Positions 39,224 through 49,151 of a stretch of DNA of 64,000 nucleotides are shown piece after piece. The notes below the pieces were generated by a model. It was not told where the DNA came from and did no database searches. It worked only from the letters and a program-made list of their open reading frames with translations. Positions within the stretch are counted from its first letter, which is position 1, and each line of letters begins with the position of its first letter. A program made the translations under genes and the position numbers. The DNA comes from Candidatus Latescibacterota bacterium (GTDB lineage: Bacteria; Latescibacterota; UBA2968; UBA8231): NCBI GenBank assembly GCA_965200315.1, contig OZ241362.1:4928001-4992000 (forward strand). The letters run 5' to 3'.

Positions 39224-39496
39224 TTAGGAGGTAGCTTGGTCCTTGTCCTTGGACTGGGGATCAAGCTGGGCTTGGTCCTTGTCTTTGGACTGAGGCTCGG
39301 TCGCGGCCGGAGGGGCCGTCGGCTGAGCAGGTTGCTTGGGGGCCTCGATTTCGTCCTGCACGTCGCGCATGGCGGTGCGGAACTCGCGGATGCCCTTGCC
39401 CAAGCCCTGAGCCATCTCGGGGATGCGCTTGGCACCGAAGATGAGCAGAATGACGACGAAGATGATGAGTATTTCCCAGTGGCCCATACCGAACAT
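39224..39496 (-). CDS. tatA: Twin-arginine translocase TatA/TatE
   Basis: ILLIFGAKRIPEMAQGLGKGIREF; duplicated PQSKDKDQA in the tail. Confidence 0.92.
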   Translation of the reverse strand: MFGMGHWEILIIFVVILLIFGAKRIPEMAQGLGKGIREFRTAMRDVQDEIEAPKQPAQPTAPPAATEPQSKDKDQAQLDPQSKDKDQATS

Positions 39497-39520
39497 GGCT
39501 CTAGCTCCCAAAAGATGTTT

Positions 39521-39802
39521 TTAATAGCTGTGGCGGAAGTAGTACCAGCCGACGAAGAGTCCCAACATAGTGATTAAGTTGAACTTTAGCGACAGCTCAA
39601 ACGAAAAGGACAGGATGATGAGGTTGAACATGTGCGGCCCGATGGAATACTCCACGTAGCGCAACAGAGCGAGTTCGACGATGGTGTCGGGGCCGACCAC
39701 GGCCACGAGGATAAACCTCAGTATTTCACCGAGGATATTGGCACCAATCATCGTAGTGAAGAGGATGAGGATAAGGTGGCTGAGAGGCTTGTCGCGCAGC
39801 AT
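39521..39802 (-). CDS. Small membrane protein (DUF4321-like)
   Basis: 93 aa with two hydrophobic segments, immediately upstream of tatA. Confidence 0.65.
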   Translation of the reverse strand: MLRDKPLSHLILILFTTMIGANILGEILRFILVAVVGPDTIVELALLRYVEYSIGPHMFNLIILSFSFELSLKFNLITMLGLFVGWYYFRHSY

Positions 39803-39808
39803 GATAAC

Positions 39809-40504
39809 TCAGGCGTGTTGCGTGACGTCGCCATGCAAAAGCCGGAAGATCCAGCGAATGGGCCCGGAGAAGACGTACACGAGAATCATGGGAAAGAAAA
39901 AGATGCCGTCGTAAATGGTCAGCCCAATCGTGATGATGAAGTAAAGCTGTTTGAAGCGGTCGCTGAAGGAGGTGCCGCGAAAATTGGGAACACTGTCGTA
40001 ATCGAGCCGACTGACCATCAGGAAGGACAGCAATAAAATCAGGAGTACGGCCAGCGGCGTGGCGTGGGGGATGGGCCACGCTTTGACAAGGACCACGTAT
40101 TGGGTGAGGCAGACCGCAGCCGTGGGAATGGCCAACCCCATATAAAATTCGCCGCGCTCACCCGCGAGGCTCAGCGCATTGAAGCGGGCGAGGCGCATGG
40201 CTCCACACAGCAGGAACGCGAAGGCCAGCGCCAGCCCCCAGCCGGTTGGCAAGTGGGCCTGATAAATGATGACCGCGGGCACGATGCCAAAGGTGCAGGC
40301 ATCGACAATGGAGTCGAAGTGGAGCCCAAATTGGGAATCGCGCCCCATGACCCGGGCGAGTTGGCCGTCCATTTTGTCGAATACCGCGCCCAAGAAGATG
40401 AGCCAAGCGGCGGGCACGTAGTTGCCGTTGAAGGCATAGTGCAGGGCGAGGAATCCGCAAAACAGGTTGCTGATGGTGAACGCGGTGGGTATGAACTGCC
40501 TCAT
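39809..40504 (-). CDS. pssA: CDP-diacylglycerol--serine O-phosphatidyltransferase
   Basis: IPTAFTISNLFCG, DKMDGQLAR..S.FG..FDSIVD, RLARFN; start may lie further upstream. Confidence 0.88.
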   Translation of the reverse strand: MRQFIPTAFTISNLFCGFLALHYAFNGNYVPAAWLIFLGAVFDKMDGQLARVMGRDSQFGLHFDSIVDACTFGIVPAVIIYQAHLPTGWGLALAFAFLLCGAMRLARFNALSLAGERGEFYMGLAIPTAAVCLTQYVVLVKAWPIPHATPLAVLLILLLSFLMVSRLDYDSVPNFRGTSFSDRFKQLYFIITIGLTIYDGIFFFPMILVYVFSGPIRWIFRLLHGDVTQHA

Positions 40505-40523
40505 TTTCGCATCCTTCTTGCCG

Positions 40524-41630
40524 CTAGCGCCGCGTCCGGTAGGGACGCTCTTCAAGGGTCAGGTCTAGGTTGTATTGCTCGTTGTGTCGCACCACGCCGA
40601 GTGCGGCTACTTCGCCGACTCGCAAGACGCGCAGCACGTCAATGGCCTCGTCGGCACTGCGGATCTTTTCGTCGTTGACCGCGATGATCACGTCGCCGCT
40701 TTCGAGGCCCGCTAACTCGGCCGGACTGTCGTGTGCCACCCTGACGACTAGGGCCCCATCGGCGGAATCGAGCTTTAGGTACTCGGCTAGATTCGGGGTG
40801 ATGTCTTGGATGGCCAAGATGCCGGTCCAAGCGCGCCGCGCGTGGCCGTGCTGGCGAATTTCCGCCAAAAAGCTCGCGGCCGTGTCAATGGGAATGGCGA
40901 AGCCAATGCCAATAGAGCCACTGTCGTATTCGCTGCCGGTGTAGATAAAGCTGTTAATGCCGATGACTTCGGCATCGGCATTGACGAGGGGACCGCCGCT
41001 ATTGCCTCTATTGATGGCCGCATCGGTCTGAATCATGTCTCGGTAGTAGTAATCGCCTTGGGGTTCGGAAAAGTCGCGATCTAGGGCACTGACGACGCCG
41101 ATACTGACGGTAGGCCCCAAATCGAAAGGGTTGCCAATGGCAATAGCCCATTCGCCGACCAAAATATCGCCCGAAGTCCCCAAGGGCGCAACCGGCAGAT
41201 CGCCTCCATCTACCTTGAGAACAGCGAGGTCGAAGTTGAAATCAGAGGCCACGTAGCGAGCCTCAAAAGTGCGGCCGTCGGGCGCGGGCAACGAGGCCGT
41301 GATCTTCTCTAGCTGACGCGGATCGCCGATGACGTGGCTATTGGTGAGAATGTAACCCTCTCCATCGACGACAAATCCCGAACCGGTGGACATGCGGTGT
41401 TGGTCTTGGGGCACATAGTAGAACGGCGAGAAAAAATTCCAAAAAGGATCGCCGCGCTGCCGGTGGTGTAGATTATAGACGCGCTGTCGGTAGCGCACAT
41501 GGAGACTGACGACCGAGGGCTGGACCCGCTCTACGGCCTGCACGATGGCTGTGCGGCGCGATTCCCCAATGGACGCGCTGGCGTGGTTTAGAGCTAATAC
41601 CAGCAGAGCAAATGAGCAGAGAAAGTGCAA
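40524..41630 (-). CDS. HtrA/DegP-like serine protease with one PDZ domain
   Basis: GSGF, TNSHV, DLAVLK, IQTDAAINRGNSGGPL, PDZ SPAELAGLESGDVI. Confidence 0.92.
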   Translation of the reverse strand: MHFLCSFALLVLALNHASASIGESRRTAIVQAVERVQPSVVSLHVRYRQRVYNLHHRQRGDPFWNFFSPFYYVPQDQHRMSTGSGFVVDGEGYILTNSHVIGDPRQLEKITASLPAPDGRTFEARYVASDFNFDLAVLKVDGGDLPVAPLGTSGDILVGEWAIAIGNPFDLGPTVSIGVVSALDRDFSEPQGDYYYRDMIQTDAAINRGNSGGPLVNADAEVIGINSFIYTGSEYDSGSIGIGFAIPIDTAASFLAEIRQHGHARRAWTGILAIQDITPNLAEYLKLDSADGALVVRVAHDSPAELAGLESGDVIIAVNDEKIRSADEAIDVLRVLRVGEVAALGVVRHNEQYNLDLTLEERPYRTRR

Positions 41631-41724
41631 GGTTGGACCTCGGGAATGGACTTCGCTAATGATGAGTAATTATATAATAATCATACACATAGTCGCAACT
41701 ATTCACGGCTCTTCTGCAGTGCCG

Positions 41725-42007
41725 CTAGTCCGGCAATTGGCCGCCTAGACGCAGGACCACATCAAAGCGGTCGTTTTTGGCGGCCTTATTCCTTTTGACA
41801 ATGCCGCATTTGGCACACCAGTGGACGAGGATGTAATCGCCGCGTTTGATGGTAAATCCCACCGGCTCCATCCAGCCGCGACTTTACATCGACGTGTCGG
41901 CTCCAAAGGCATTCCGGGCCGTGGTTGGCGCAGCCATTGCCCGGCGCGTGAAAGCCACAATTTCCGCAGGTAAAATTTTTAATGTATCGCTGGAATTTTT
42001 TGCCCAT
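41725..42007 (-). pseudogene. RNHCP-domain protein pseudogene
   Basis: FTCGNCG..NHGPECLWSRHVDV, then a frame switch near 41880 to MEPVG...YILVHWCAKCG..KRNKAA; the PGDR segment is missing. Confidence 0.7.
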
Positions 42008-42745
42008 TTAGCTATCAGGGTACGCCACCCACAGCAGACAGAGGCCACGCGCAGGGGCCGTGGCACCGGCCGCAGTGCGGTCGCCGCTGGCGAGTAATTC
42101 AGCGATGGCTGTCGGCGGCTTTGTGCCGCGGCCGATTTCGACCATCGTGCCGACGATAATCCGCACCATGTGGCGGAGGAAGCGATTGGCCTCGATTTCA
42201 AAGACTAGCTCGGGGCCGCGTTGGGACCAAGCCGCGTCAAAGACGTGGCAGGTCAGGTGCTCGGGGATGGGATCTTGTTTGCAAAAGGCACCAAAAGCGC
42301 GTTCGCCGCAGAGTGTGCGAGCGGCCGCGGCCATGCGATCCAAGGATAGTGCTGAATAGTAGGTCCACACCTGAGTGCGGTTGACGGCGGCCTTGCCTTG
42401 GTAAATGCGGTAGCGATAGCGCTTGCGGGTTGCGCTGTAGCGGGCGTGAAAGTCGGCAGCGACCTCGTCGGCGGCGCACACGGCAATGTCTGGGGGCAAG
42501 AGGCCGTTGAGGCTGCGAAGCAGCCGGTCCGGGGGTAGTGCGCCCTCGGTCTGGAAATGAGCTACCTGCCCGAGGGCGTGGGTGCCGGCGTCTGTGCGGC
42601 CTGCGCCGCTGAGGCGGACCGGCTCTTTGAGCAGGATGTGCAAGGCTCGTTCGAGCGCGTCTTGCACGGTGCGGCCGCTCTTTTGGCTCTGCCAGCCGAC
42701 AAAGTGGGTGCCGTCGTATTCGAGTACCAAGCGCAGCGTCCGCAT
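42008..42745 (-). CDS. truA: tRNA pseudouridine(38-40) synthase
   Basis: YDGTHFVGWQ, AGRTDAGTHA, FHARYSA, FLRHMVR. Confidence 0.95.
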   Translation of the reverse strand: MRTLRLVLEYDGTHFVGWQSQKSGRTVQDALERALHILLKEPVRLSGAGRTDAGTHALGQVAHFQTEGALPPDRLLRSLNGLLPPDIAVCAADEVAADFHARYSATRKRYRYRIYQGKAAVNRTQVWTYYSALSLDRMAAAARTLCGERAFGAFCKQDPIPEHLTCHVFDAAWSQRGPELVFEIEANRFLRHMVRIIVGTMVEIGRGTKPPTAIAELLASGDRTAAGATAPARGLCLLWVAYPDS

Positions 42746-42749
42746 CGCC

Positions 42750-43549
42750 TTAACGCATATAGTACACGAGCGCGACCAAGCCTAGAGCGGCCAAGGCGGA
42801 TAGACCGTCAGCGCGGCCAAAGCGCAGCGGGCGATAGTGCGTGCGCACGGCTCCGCTGGCGTAGCAGCGGCTCTCCATGGCCAAGGCGAGGCGGTCGGCG
42901 CGGCCGCAAGCCGCGACGAGGAGGGGCACGAGGAGGGGCACGAGATTTTTGATGCGGCGCAGAAAAGGGCCACTAAAGTCGGCCCCACGCGCTAGTTGGG
43001 CCTTGCGCAGGCGCTCGGCTTCGTCGAGGAGTACGGGGATAAACCGCAGGGCAATGGAGATCATCAGCGCCATATCGCCGGCCGGAAAACCGAAGCGGCG
43101 CAAGGGGCTGAAGAAGCGCTCCAAGCCGCTGGTTATCTCCATCGGCGCGGTCGTCAGCGTCAAGAGCGTGGCGGCGACGATGGCTGCGGCCAACCGCGCA
43201 GTGAAGAAGGCCCCCAAGCGCAAGCCCTCGGCGGTCAGGACGTGATCGGAAAAGGGCAACGGCAAGACGGCGCGGCCGGGCGTGAGCAGCGCGTGGAGGC
43301 CAAAGGTGAACAGGAAGAGCCAAACAAAGGTTTGAACTGACGCAGGATGAGCTGCCAAGGCACCCGCGCCAAGGCAATGGCTACAAGCAGGAAAGCCCCA
43401 AGCAGCAGCAGGGCGAGTGCGTTGGGCGCGGCAAAAGCCGCCAGCGTCAGCGCGAAAACGGCCCCCAACTTGGTGCGCGGATCGAGGCGGTGAATCAGCG
43501 AGTCGAGCGCGATGTAGCGGCCGAGCGCGATGTCCTGCAAAAGGGCCAA
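42750..43549 (-). pseudogene. ecfT: ECF transporter T component with a single-base frameshift
   Basis: SLIHRLDPRTKL N-terminus; frame switch at aaacctttgtttgg near 43325-43335; then ALRFIP, AQLARG, LALAMESRCY. Confidence 0.85.
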
Positions 43550-43552
43550 GGG

Positions 43553-44518
43553 CTAGGGCAAGAAGCGGTTGGTGAAGGCCGCGGTGGCGTCCACCACACC
43601 GTCTTTGATCAGGCCAACGGTCACCATTTGTTCCAATAGCTCCTGCCAGCGCTGCAAGGTCATGCTGCCGAGGCCGTTTTGTTGGGCTATTGGGTCGAGA
43701 ATCGTGGCACTGGATTCGGCGGCCCCATAGGCGAGAATATCCATACCCATCTCGGGGTTGAGGCTGTTGATATGGCGGTTGGTCTCCTCGGGCTCGGTGA
43801 GGTATTGCTCCCAGCCTTTGACGCTGGAGCGGACTACGGCACCGACGAGCTCGGGCTCGGCGGCTATGCGCTCTTCAGTGGTGATGAGTACGCTGGCATA
43901 GGGGTTGAAGCCGGTGTCGGCTACGAGCAGGGCCTTGGGATCGCCGCCTTTGGTCTTGGCGACGAAAGGCTCGCTGAAAATGTAGCCCTGCTGGGCGAAA
44001 TTCTCGTCTGCGAGGAATTGGGTCACATTGCCGGGGTAGGGGACGATGGTGACGCCTTCAAATGGGTATTTCCAGCGCAGATAGTGAGAAAAGGCCGGGC
44101 GTTGCGATAGGGCCAAGGTCATGTTTTTGATTTGCGAAATGGAGTCGATGCCCGCGCTCGCGTGGACCATGATGCAGCGCGGGCTAATCTGGTAGGACGC
44201 CATGAGCGCGACCACCGGGATATGTTGGGCGCGGGCGTAGAGGATGTCGTCGGCATTGACTATGCCAAAGGCCACCGCGCCGGTGGCCACGCGCTGAACG
44301 ACCGGCGCGTCCGGGCCGCCGCCGAGGACTTCGACCTCAACGCCGTGTTCCTCGTAGTAGCCGTGGACAGCGGCCGCGTACAAGCCGCCGTGTTCGGCTT
44401 CCGGGAACCAGTTGAGCGCGAGTTGGACCTTGGGCCGGGCGTCGGCGGTGGGTGCTTCTTTTTCGGCGGCGCAGGCGATTAGGAAGAGGCTAGCTAAAAG
44501 CGCGTACATTCGCAGCAT
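43553..44518 (-). CDS. ABC substrate-binding lipoprotein, NMT1/THI5 family
   Basis: Lipobox LIAC; LNWFPEAEHGGLYAA. Confidence 0.85.
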   Translation of the reverse strand: MLRMYALLASLFLIACAAEKEAPTADARPKVQLALNWFPEAEHGGLYAAAVHGYYEEHGVEVEVLGGGPDAPVVQRVATGAVAFGIVNADDILYARAQHIPVVALMASYQISPRCIMVHASAGIDSISQIKNMTLALSQRPAFSHYLRWKYPFEGVTIVPYPGNVTQFLADENFAQQGYIFSEPFVAKTKGGDPKALLVADTGFNPYASVLITTEERIAAEPELVGAVVRSSVKGWEQYLTEPEETNRHINSLNPEMGMDILAYGAAESSATILDPIAQQNGLGSMTLQRWQELLEQMVTVGLIKDGVVDATAAFTNRFLP

Positions 44519-44689
44519 GATAAGGTGCCTTTACTTGAGAAAAGGACGTCCAGCCCTCGCTGAGCAGACTGCTGGTGGTTGGCAAGGTCTCAGCCAAGAT
44601 GGACGGGATGCGGACAATAGGCAACACACTCTAAGTATTTTCACGGGGAGGCCCCAACAAAACTGGATGTCACGCCTGAAGGCGCGGTG

Positions 44690-44712
44690 AAGCCTGCTTG
44701 CGCAGGAATGAC
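44690..44712 (-). repeat. Fragment of a REP/RPE-like palindromic element
   Basis: Minus strand gtcattcctgcgcaagcaggc (VIPAQAG-coding), hairpin cctgc-N4-gcagg. Confidence 0.45.
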
Positions 44713-44833
44713 ATGAGCGGGTGCTTCGAGGATCGCCCAGCAGGTTTTGTTAGAGCCGCCCACCATGGTCGATATGAGCACGTCCGTAGCCATTACGCTT
44801 GCTCTCGATACCCATGACTGGCGCGCCGTCATT

Positions 44834-45604
44834 TCACTCGGGCGCACCCATCCAGCGTCTGAGCAAAAAGGTACTCAAGCTGCCCACGGTGGTAAATAGC
44901 CCCAAGCCGAGCAACGTGCAAAACAGAATGCAGGCGAAGAGGTAGTCGGTTTTGGCTTGGCCGTTGGTGAGGATGATCAAGTAGCCGAGGCCAAAGTCTT
45001 GGGTGCCGTAGCCGGCGAAGAATTCGCCGACAATCGCGCCGATGACCGACAGGCCGCTGGAGATGCGGGCACCGACGAGCATCTGCGGTACGGCACCGGG
45101 GACGCGGAGCTTGAACAGTACCTGCCAGCGGCTGGCCTTGTTGAGGGCAAAGAAATCGAGGAGGTGGGGATCGACGCGAGTCAGGCCATCGGTAGTGTTG
45201 GCGATGATCGGGAACAGGGCGATGATGAAGGAAACGGCCACCACGCCTTGGAGACCGTAGCCGATCCACAGGATGATCAGGGGCGCGATGGCCACGATGG
45301 GCATGGTCTGTAGGAAGATCGCATAGGGGTAGAGGCTGCGCTCGATGAGGCGCGACTGGGAAAACAGCAGGGCGACCAAGAAGCCAAAGGCAAAGCTGAG
45401 GACAAAGCCCAAGAGGGCCCCCAAGGCCGTCAGCAGGGTCGCCGATAGCAGGCGCGGCAAGTTGTCGGCGATGGCTTGGGCCACGAGCAAAGGGCCGGGC
45501 AGCAGGAAAGGCTCAATCGCCAAGAGCGAGACCGCCCCTTGCCAAGCGCATAGGACTAAGGAGAAGAACAGCAGCGGGGGCAGGGTGTTGCGTAGTCGTC
45601 TCAT
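44834..45604 (-). CDS. ABC transporter permease (SsuC/TauC type)
   Basis: QTMPIVAIAPL, GAIVGEF, GLGYLI. Confidence 0.9.
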   Translation of the reverse strand: MRRLRNTLPPLLFFSLVLCAWQGAVSLLAIEPFLLPGPLLVAQAIADNLPRLLSATLLTALGALLGFVLSFAFGFLVALLFSQSRLIERSLYPYAIFLQTMPIVAIAPLIILWIGYGLQGVVAVSFIIALFPIIANTTDGLTRVDPHLLDFFALNKASRWQVLFKLRVPGAVPQMLVGARISSGLSVIGAIVGEFFAGYGTQDFGLGYLIILTNGQAKTDYLFACILFCTLLGLGLFTTVGSLSTFLLRRWMGAPE

Positions 45605-46341
45605 GGGGCGTCGGCGCGGGCGAGTTGGCGCGAAATCCCGCTGGCTAGGCGGATGAATTCCGGGGTACTACGCAGGCACGCTGAGCGCGGATAGGGAAAC
45701 GGGATGGAGATGTCGGCGAGGATGCGGCCGGGACGAGTGCTCATCACGAGGACCCGCTGACTGAGAAAGACGGCTTCGGAGACGTTGTGAGTGACGAACA
45801 GGCCGGTCCAGCGGTCTTCCTGCCACAGGCTCAATAGCTCCTCGTTGAGCCGCTGGCGGGTGATTTCGTCGAGCGCGCCAAACGGCTCGTCGAGGAGCAG
45901 GATTTGGGGGCGGGTCACCAGCGCACGGGCAATGGACACCCGCATGCGCATGCCGCCGGAGAGCTGGGCCGGATACGCATCGGCAAAGTCGGTTAGGCCG
46001 ACCAGTTCAAGCGTCTGGGCGACGCGCTCGGCAGCGGCTTCGCGCCGCAGCTCTAAGGGGAGGGTGATGTTGTGCGCGACCGATCGCCAAGGCAGCAGCG
46101 TGGCGTCTTGGAAGACAAAGGCGAGGCCGAGCGGGTCGTGGCCCTCCACGCGGAGTTCGCCGCTCGTGGGCGCGTCGAGGCCGGCCACGAGGCGGAGGAA
46201 GGTGGATTTGCCGCAGCCGGAGGGGCCGATGATGGAGACGAATTGACTGCGGCTGATTTGCAGCTCGAAGCCGCGCAGGGCTTCAATCCCGGAGGGGAAG
46301 TGCTTGTTGAGCCCTGCGGCGACGACTAGCTGCGGCTCCAT
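45601..46341 (-). CDS. ABC transporter ATP-binding protein (TauB/SsuB type)
   Basis: GPSGCGKST, LSGGMRMR, LLLDEPFGALD, VTH. Confidence 0.93.
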   Translation of the reverse strand: MEPQLVVAAGLNKHFPSGIEALRGFELQISRSQFVSIIGPSGCGKSTFLRLVAGLDAPTSGELRVEGHDPLGLAFVFQDATLLPWRSVAHNITLPLELRREAAAERVAQTLELVGLTDFADAYPAQLSGGMRMRVSIARALVTRPQILLLDEPFGALDEITRQRLNEELLSLWQEDRWTGLFVTHNVSEAVFLSQRVLVMSTRPGRILADISIPFPYPRSACLRSTPEFIRLASGISRQLARADAP

Positions 46342-47268
46342 TTACCCTCGGGGATGATAGGTCTTGTGAACCTCTTTGAGGTAGCTGAGGTCGAGGTGCG
46401 TGTAGATCTGGGTGGTGGAGATGTCGGCGTGGCCCAACAGTTCCTGCACGGCGCGGAGGTTGGCGCCGCCTTCTAACAGATGCGTGGCAAAGGAGTGGCG
46501 CAGGGTGTGGGGGCTGATCTCCTTGTCGATGTGGGCCTTGTCGCCGGCGGTTTTGATGATCTTCCACACGCTCATCCGCGAGAGCGAGCCGCCTTGGGAG
46601 TTGAGAAAGACGTGATCGCTTGAGTTGGGCTGGGCGAGGTGGGGGCGGCCTTGGCGCAGGTAGCGTCTGAGCGTACGTGCGTCTTTGGCTGCTATGGGGA
46701 CGATGCGCTCGCGCCGGCCGCGGATGCGGACGAGGCCCCGCGCCAGCAGCAGCGCGGTCTGTTGCAGCGCGGTCAGCTCGGAGACGCGGATGCCGGTGGC
46801 GTAGAGCACGGCGAGGATAGCCCGGTCGCGCTGGCCCAGCGGCTCGTCGGGGTCGGGCGCGGTGAGCAGGGCGGCGATTTCCTCGACCGACAGCACATCG
46901 GGCAGGCGGCGCTCCAGTTTGGGCGGGTCGAGGAGTTCGGCTGGGTTGTGCGACATTTCGCCCTTGAGCAGTAGGTACTGGTGGAAGCGCTTTATGGAGG
47001 TGAGGTTGCGGGCCATGGTGGAAGGGGTGAGGCCGGCGTCGCGCAGCGAGTGGAGCAATTGGGCGATGTGCTGGTGTTGGACAGCCTCCAAGCACTCAAC
47101 GCCTTGGGCCGACAGGTGATGCAAATAGCGGCTGAGGTCGCGGCGATAGGCGTCGAGGGTATTGGCCGCCAGCCCATTGTCGCGCTCCATGGCCTTGAGG
47201 AAGTGCTCGCAGGGGATGGACAGGGCCGCTGGCAGCGGGCGTTTAGGAGTGGATTTTGGGCGGGCCAT
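46342..47268 (-). CDS. xerD: Tyrosine recombinase XerD
   Basis: NTLDAYRRDL, LYATGIRVSEL, HTLRHSFATHLL, LLGHADISTTQIYTH, YHPR; start ATG 47268. Confidence 0.9.
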   Translation of the reverse strand: MARPKSTPKRPLPAALSIPCEHFLKAMERDNGLAANTLDAYRRDLSRYLHHLSAQGVECLEAVQHQHIAQLLHSLRDAGLTPSTMARNLTSIKRFHQYLLLKGEMSHNPAELLDPPKLERRLPDVLSVEEIAALLTAPDPDEPLGQRDRAILAVLYATGIRVSELTALQQTALLLARGLVRIRGRRERIVPIAAKDARTLRRYLRQGRPHLAQPNSSDHVFLNSQGGSLSRMSVWKIIKTAGDKAHIDKEISPHTLRHSFATHLLEGGANLRAVQELLGHADISTTQIYTHLDLSYLKEVHKTYHPRG

Positions 47269-49093
47269 GATCCGGGCTGTTGAGATGGGCGAGCAAGGCG
47301 TCGGCTTGTTTGCGGCTAAAGCCGGGGAGCGCGGCGATTTGCTCGGCTGGCGTGGCGGCGATGCGCTTGACCGAGCCAAAGGCGACCAGCAGGGCCTTGC
47401 GCTTTTGCGGGCCAATGCCGGGGACGTGGTCCAAAGTAGAGCTGAGTGCGCTCTTGGCGCGGTGCTGGCGGTGGTTTTTGAGCGCGAAGCGGTGGGCTTC
47501 GTCGCGCAGCATCTGCAACAGGCGCAGGCTGGCCGAGGTCTTGGGCAGCAGCAGGGGCGTGCGCTGGTCTGGCAGGAAGACTTCCTCAAAGCGCTTGGCG
47601 AGGCCGACGACGGGTTGGTCTGCGATGTCTAGCTCGCGCAGGGCGGCGACCGCGCTGGCGAGTTGGCCCGGCCCGCCGTCGATGAGCAGCAAGTCGGGCC
47701 GCGGCTCGTTGCGCTCGGCCAGGCCGCGGAAGCGGCGATAGACCACTTGGTGGATGGCGGCGTAGTCGTCGGGCTGCGCGAGGTCGCGGATTTTGAAGTA
47801 GCGATACTGGCTGCGCTTGGCCCGGCCGTCGATAAAGCAGACCACCGAGCCGACCGGGTGTGCGCCTTGGAAGGTGGAGATGTCGATGCCTTCGATGCGG
47901 CGGGGCGGAGCCGCCAGTTGCAAGTCGCGCTGGATGGCATAGACCGATTGGGGGATGCGGTCGCGCTTCAACTCGCGCTTGAGCTGGCGTTCGGCGAGCA
48001 TCTGGGTGGCGTTTTTGGTGGCCATGTCGAGCATCTGCGCCTTGGCGCCGCGCTGGGGCATGGCTAACTCGACCTTACCGTCGGCCTTTTGCGACAGCCA
48101 AGCAGCCATCGCGTCGGCGTCTGCGGGCTGGGCTGGCAGGTGGATCTCGGGCGGGACAAAGTCGTTTTGCAGATAGAATTGCCGCGCAAAAGCCGAGAGG
48201 ATTTCCCCGTCTGAAGACTCCATGACCCCGCCGAGGAAGTGGTGCTTTTTGCCGAGCAAGCGGCCCTCGCGGATTTCGAGGACGCTGCAACAGGCTTCGT
48301 CGTCGCTGCGGGCCATGCCGAGGACGTCGCGGTCTATCTGATCGTCGAGGACGACCTTTTGGCGTGCGCGCATGGACTCTAGCGCTTGGATCTGGTCGCG
48401 GAAGCGGGCGGCTTTCTCGTAGCGCATGTCTTCGGCGGCTTCGGTCATGCGCTTTTGCAGTTCGCGGATTACTTCGGCGTTCTGGCCGCGCAAAAAGCGC
48501 ACGGCCCGCTCGACGGTTTTGCGGTAGTCGTCGGCCGAGACGAGGCTCTCGCAGGGGCCTTCGCAGCGCTTGATGTGGTATTCGAGGCACAGCGGCACTT
48601 TGTCTGAGGGCAACTCGGCGTTGCAGGTGCGGATGGGGAAGACCTTGCGCATGGTGTCGATGGTGGTGTGCATGGCGCGGACATTGCTGTATGGGCCGAG
48701 GTAGCGCGAGCCGTCGCGGACTACGTCGCGGGTGGCGAAGATGCGGGGAAAAGGCTCGGCTGTGATGCGGATATAAGGGTATTTCTTGTCGTCTTTGAGC
48801 AGGATGTTGTAGCGCGGTTTGTGGGTGCGGATTTGGGTGGCTTCGAGGATGAGGGCTTCTTGCTCGCTGCTCGTTACGATGTAGTCGATATCGGCGATGT
48901 TGCGGACTAGGGCTTTGAACTGACGCCGGCCATCGCCGCCCGAGGTGCGAAAGTACGAGCGCACCCGGTCGCGCAGGCTTTTGGCCTTGCCGATGTAGAT
49001 GATCTGCCCGTCGCGCCTTTTCATTATATAAACGCCGGACTCGTTGGGCAGGGTGTCGAGTTTGAGGCGCAGATCTTCGGAGAGGTTGTTCAT
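47243..49093 (-). CDS. uvrC: Excinuclease ABC subunit C
   Basis: GVY..IYIGKAKSLR GIY-YIG, KPRYNILLKDDK, RIEGIDIS, LIDGG.GQL, RDEAHRFA, HhH. Confidence 0.96.
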   Translation of the reverse strand: MNNLSEDLRLKLDTLPNESGVYIMKRRDGQIIYIGKAKSLRDRVRSYFRTSGGDGRRQFKALVRNIADIDYIVTSSEQEALILEATQIRTHKPRYNILLKDDKKYPYIRITAEPFPRIFATRDVVRDGSRYLGPYSNVRAMHTTIDTMRKVFPIRTCNAELPSDKVPLCLEYHIKRCEGPCESLVSADDYRKTVERAVRFLRGQNAEVIRELQKRMTEAAEDMRYEKAARFRDQIQALESMRARQKVVLDDQIDRDVLGMARSDDEACCSVLEIREGRLLGKKHHFLGGVMESSDGEILSAFARQFYLQNDFVPPEIHLPAQPADADAMAAWLSQKADGKVELAMPQRGAKAQMLDMATKNATQMLAERQLKRELKRDRIPQSVYAIQRDLQLAAPPRRIEGIDISTFQGAHPVGSVVCFIDGRAKRSQYRYFKIRDLAQPDDYAAIHQVVYRRFRGLAERNEPRPDLLLIDGGPGQLASAVAALRELDIADQPVVGLAKRFEEVFLPDQRTPLLLPKTSASLRLLQMLRDEAHRFALKNHRQHRAKSALSSTLDHVPGIGPQKRKALLVAFGSVKRIAATPAEQIAALPGFSRKQADALLAHLNSPDHGPPKIHS

Positions 49094-49151
49094 TTAGAAA
49101 GGGATGCAGGTTGACATATTGCAACGAGGATAAGCGTTTTGCTGGGGGGCG

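Noticed and set aside
39232-39298. Duplicated PQSKDKDQA in TatA
   Set aside because: TatA tails are low-complexity and variable; unremarkable
46342-47268. Tyrosine recombinase as an integrase of a mobile element
   Set aside because: Sequence and context (overlapping uvrC, YHPR end) fit chromosomal XerD; no att sites or cargo boundaries seen
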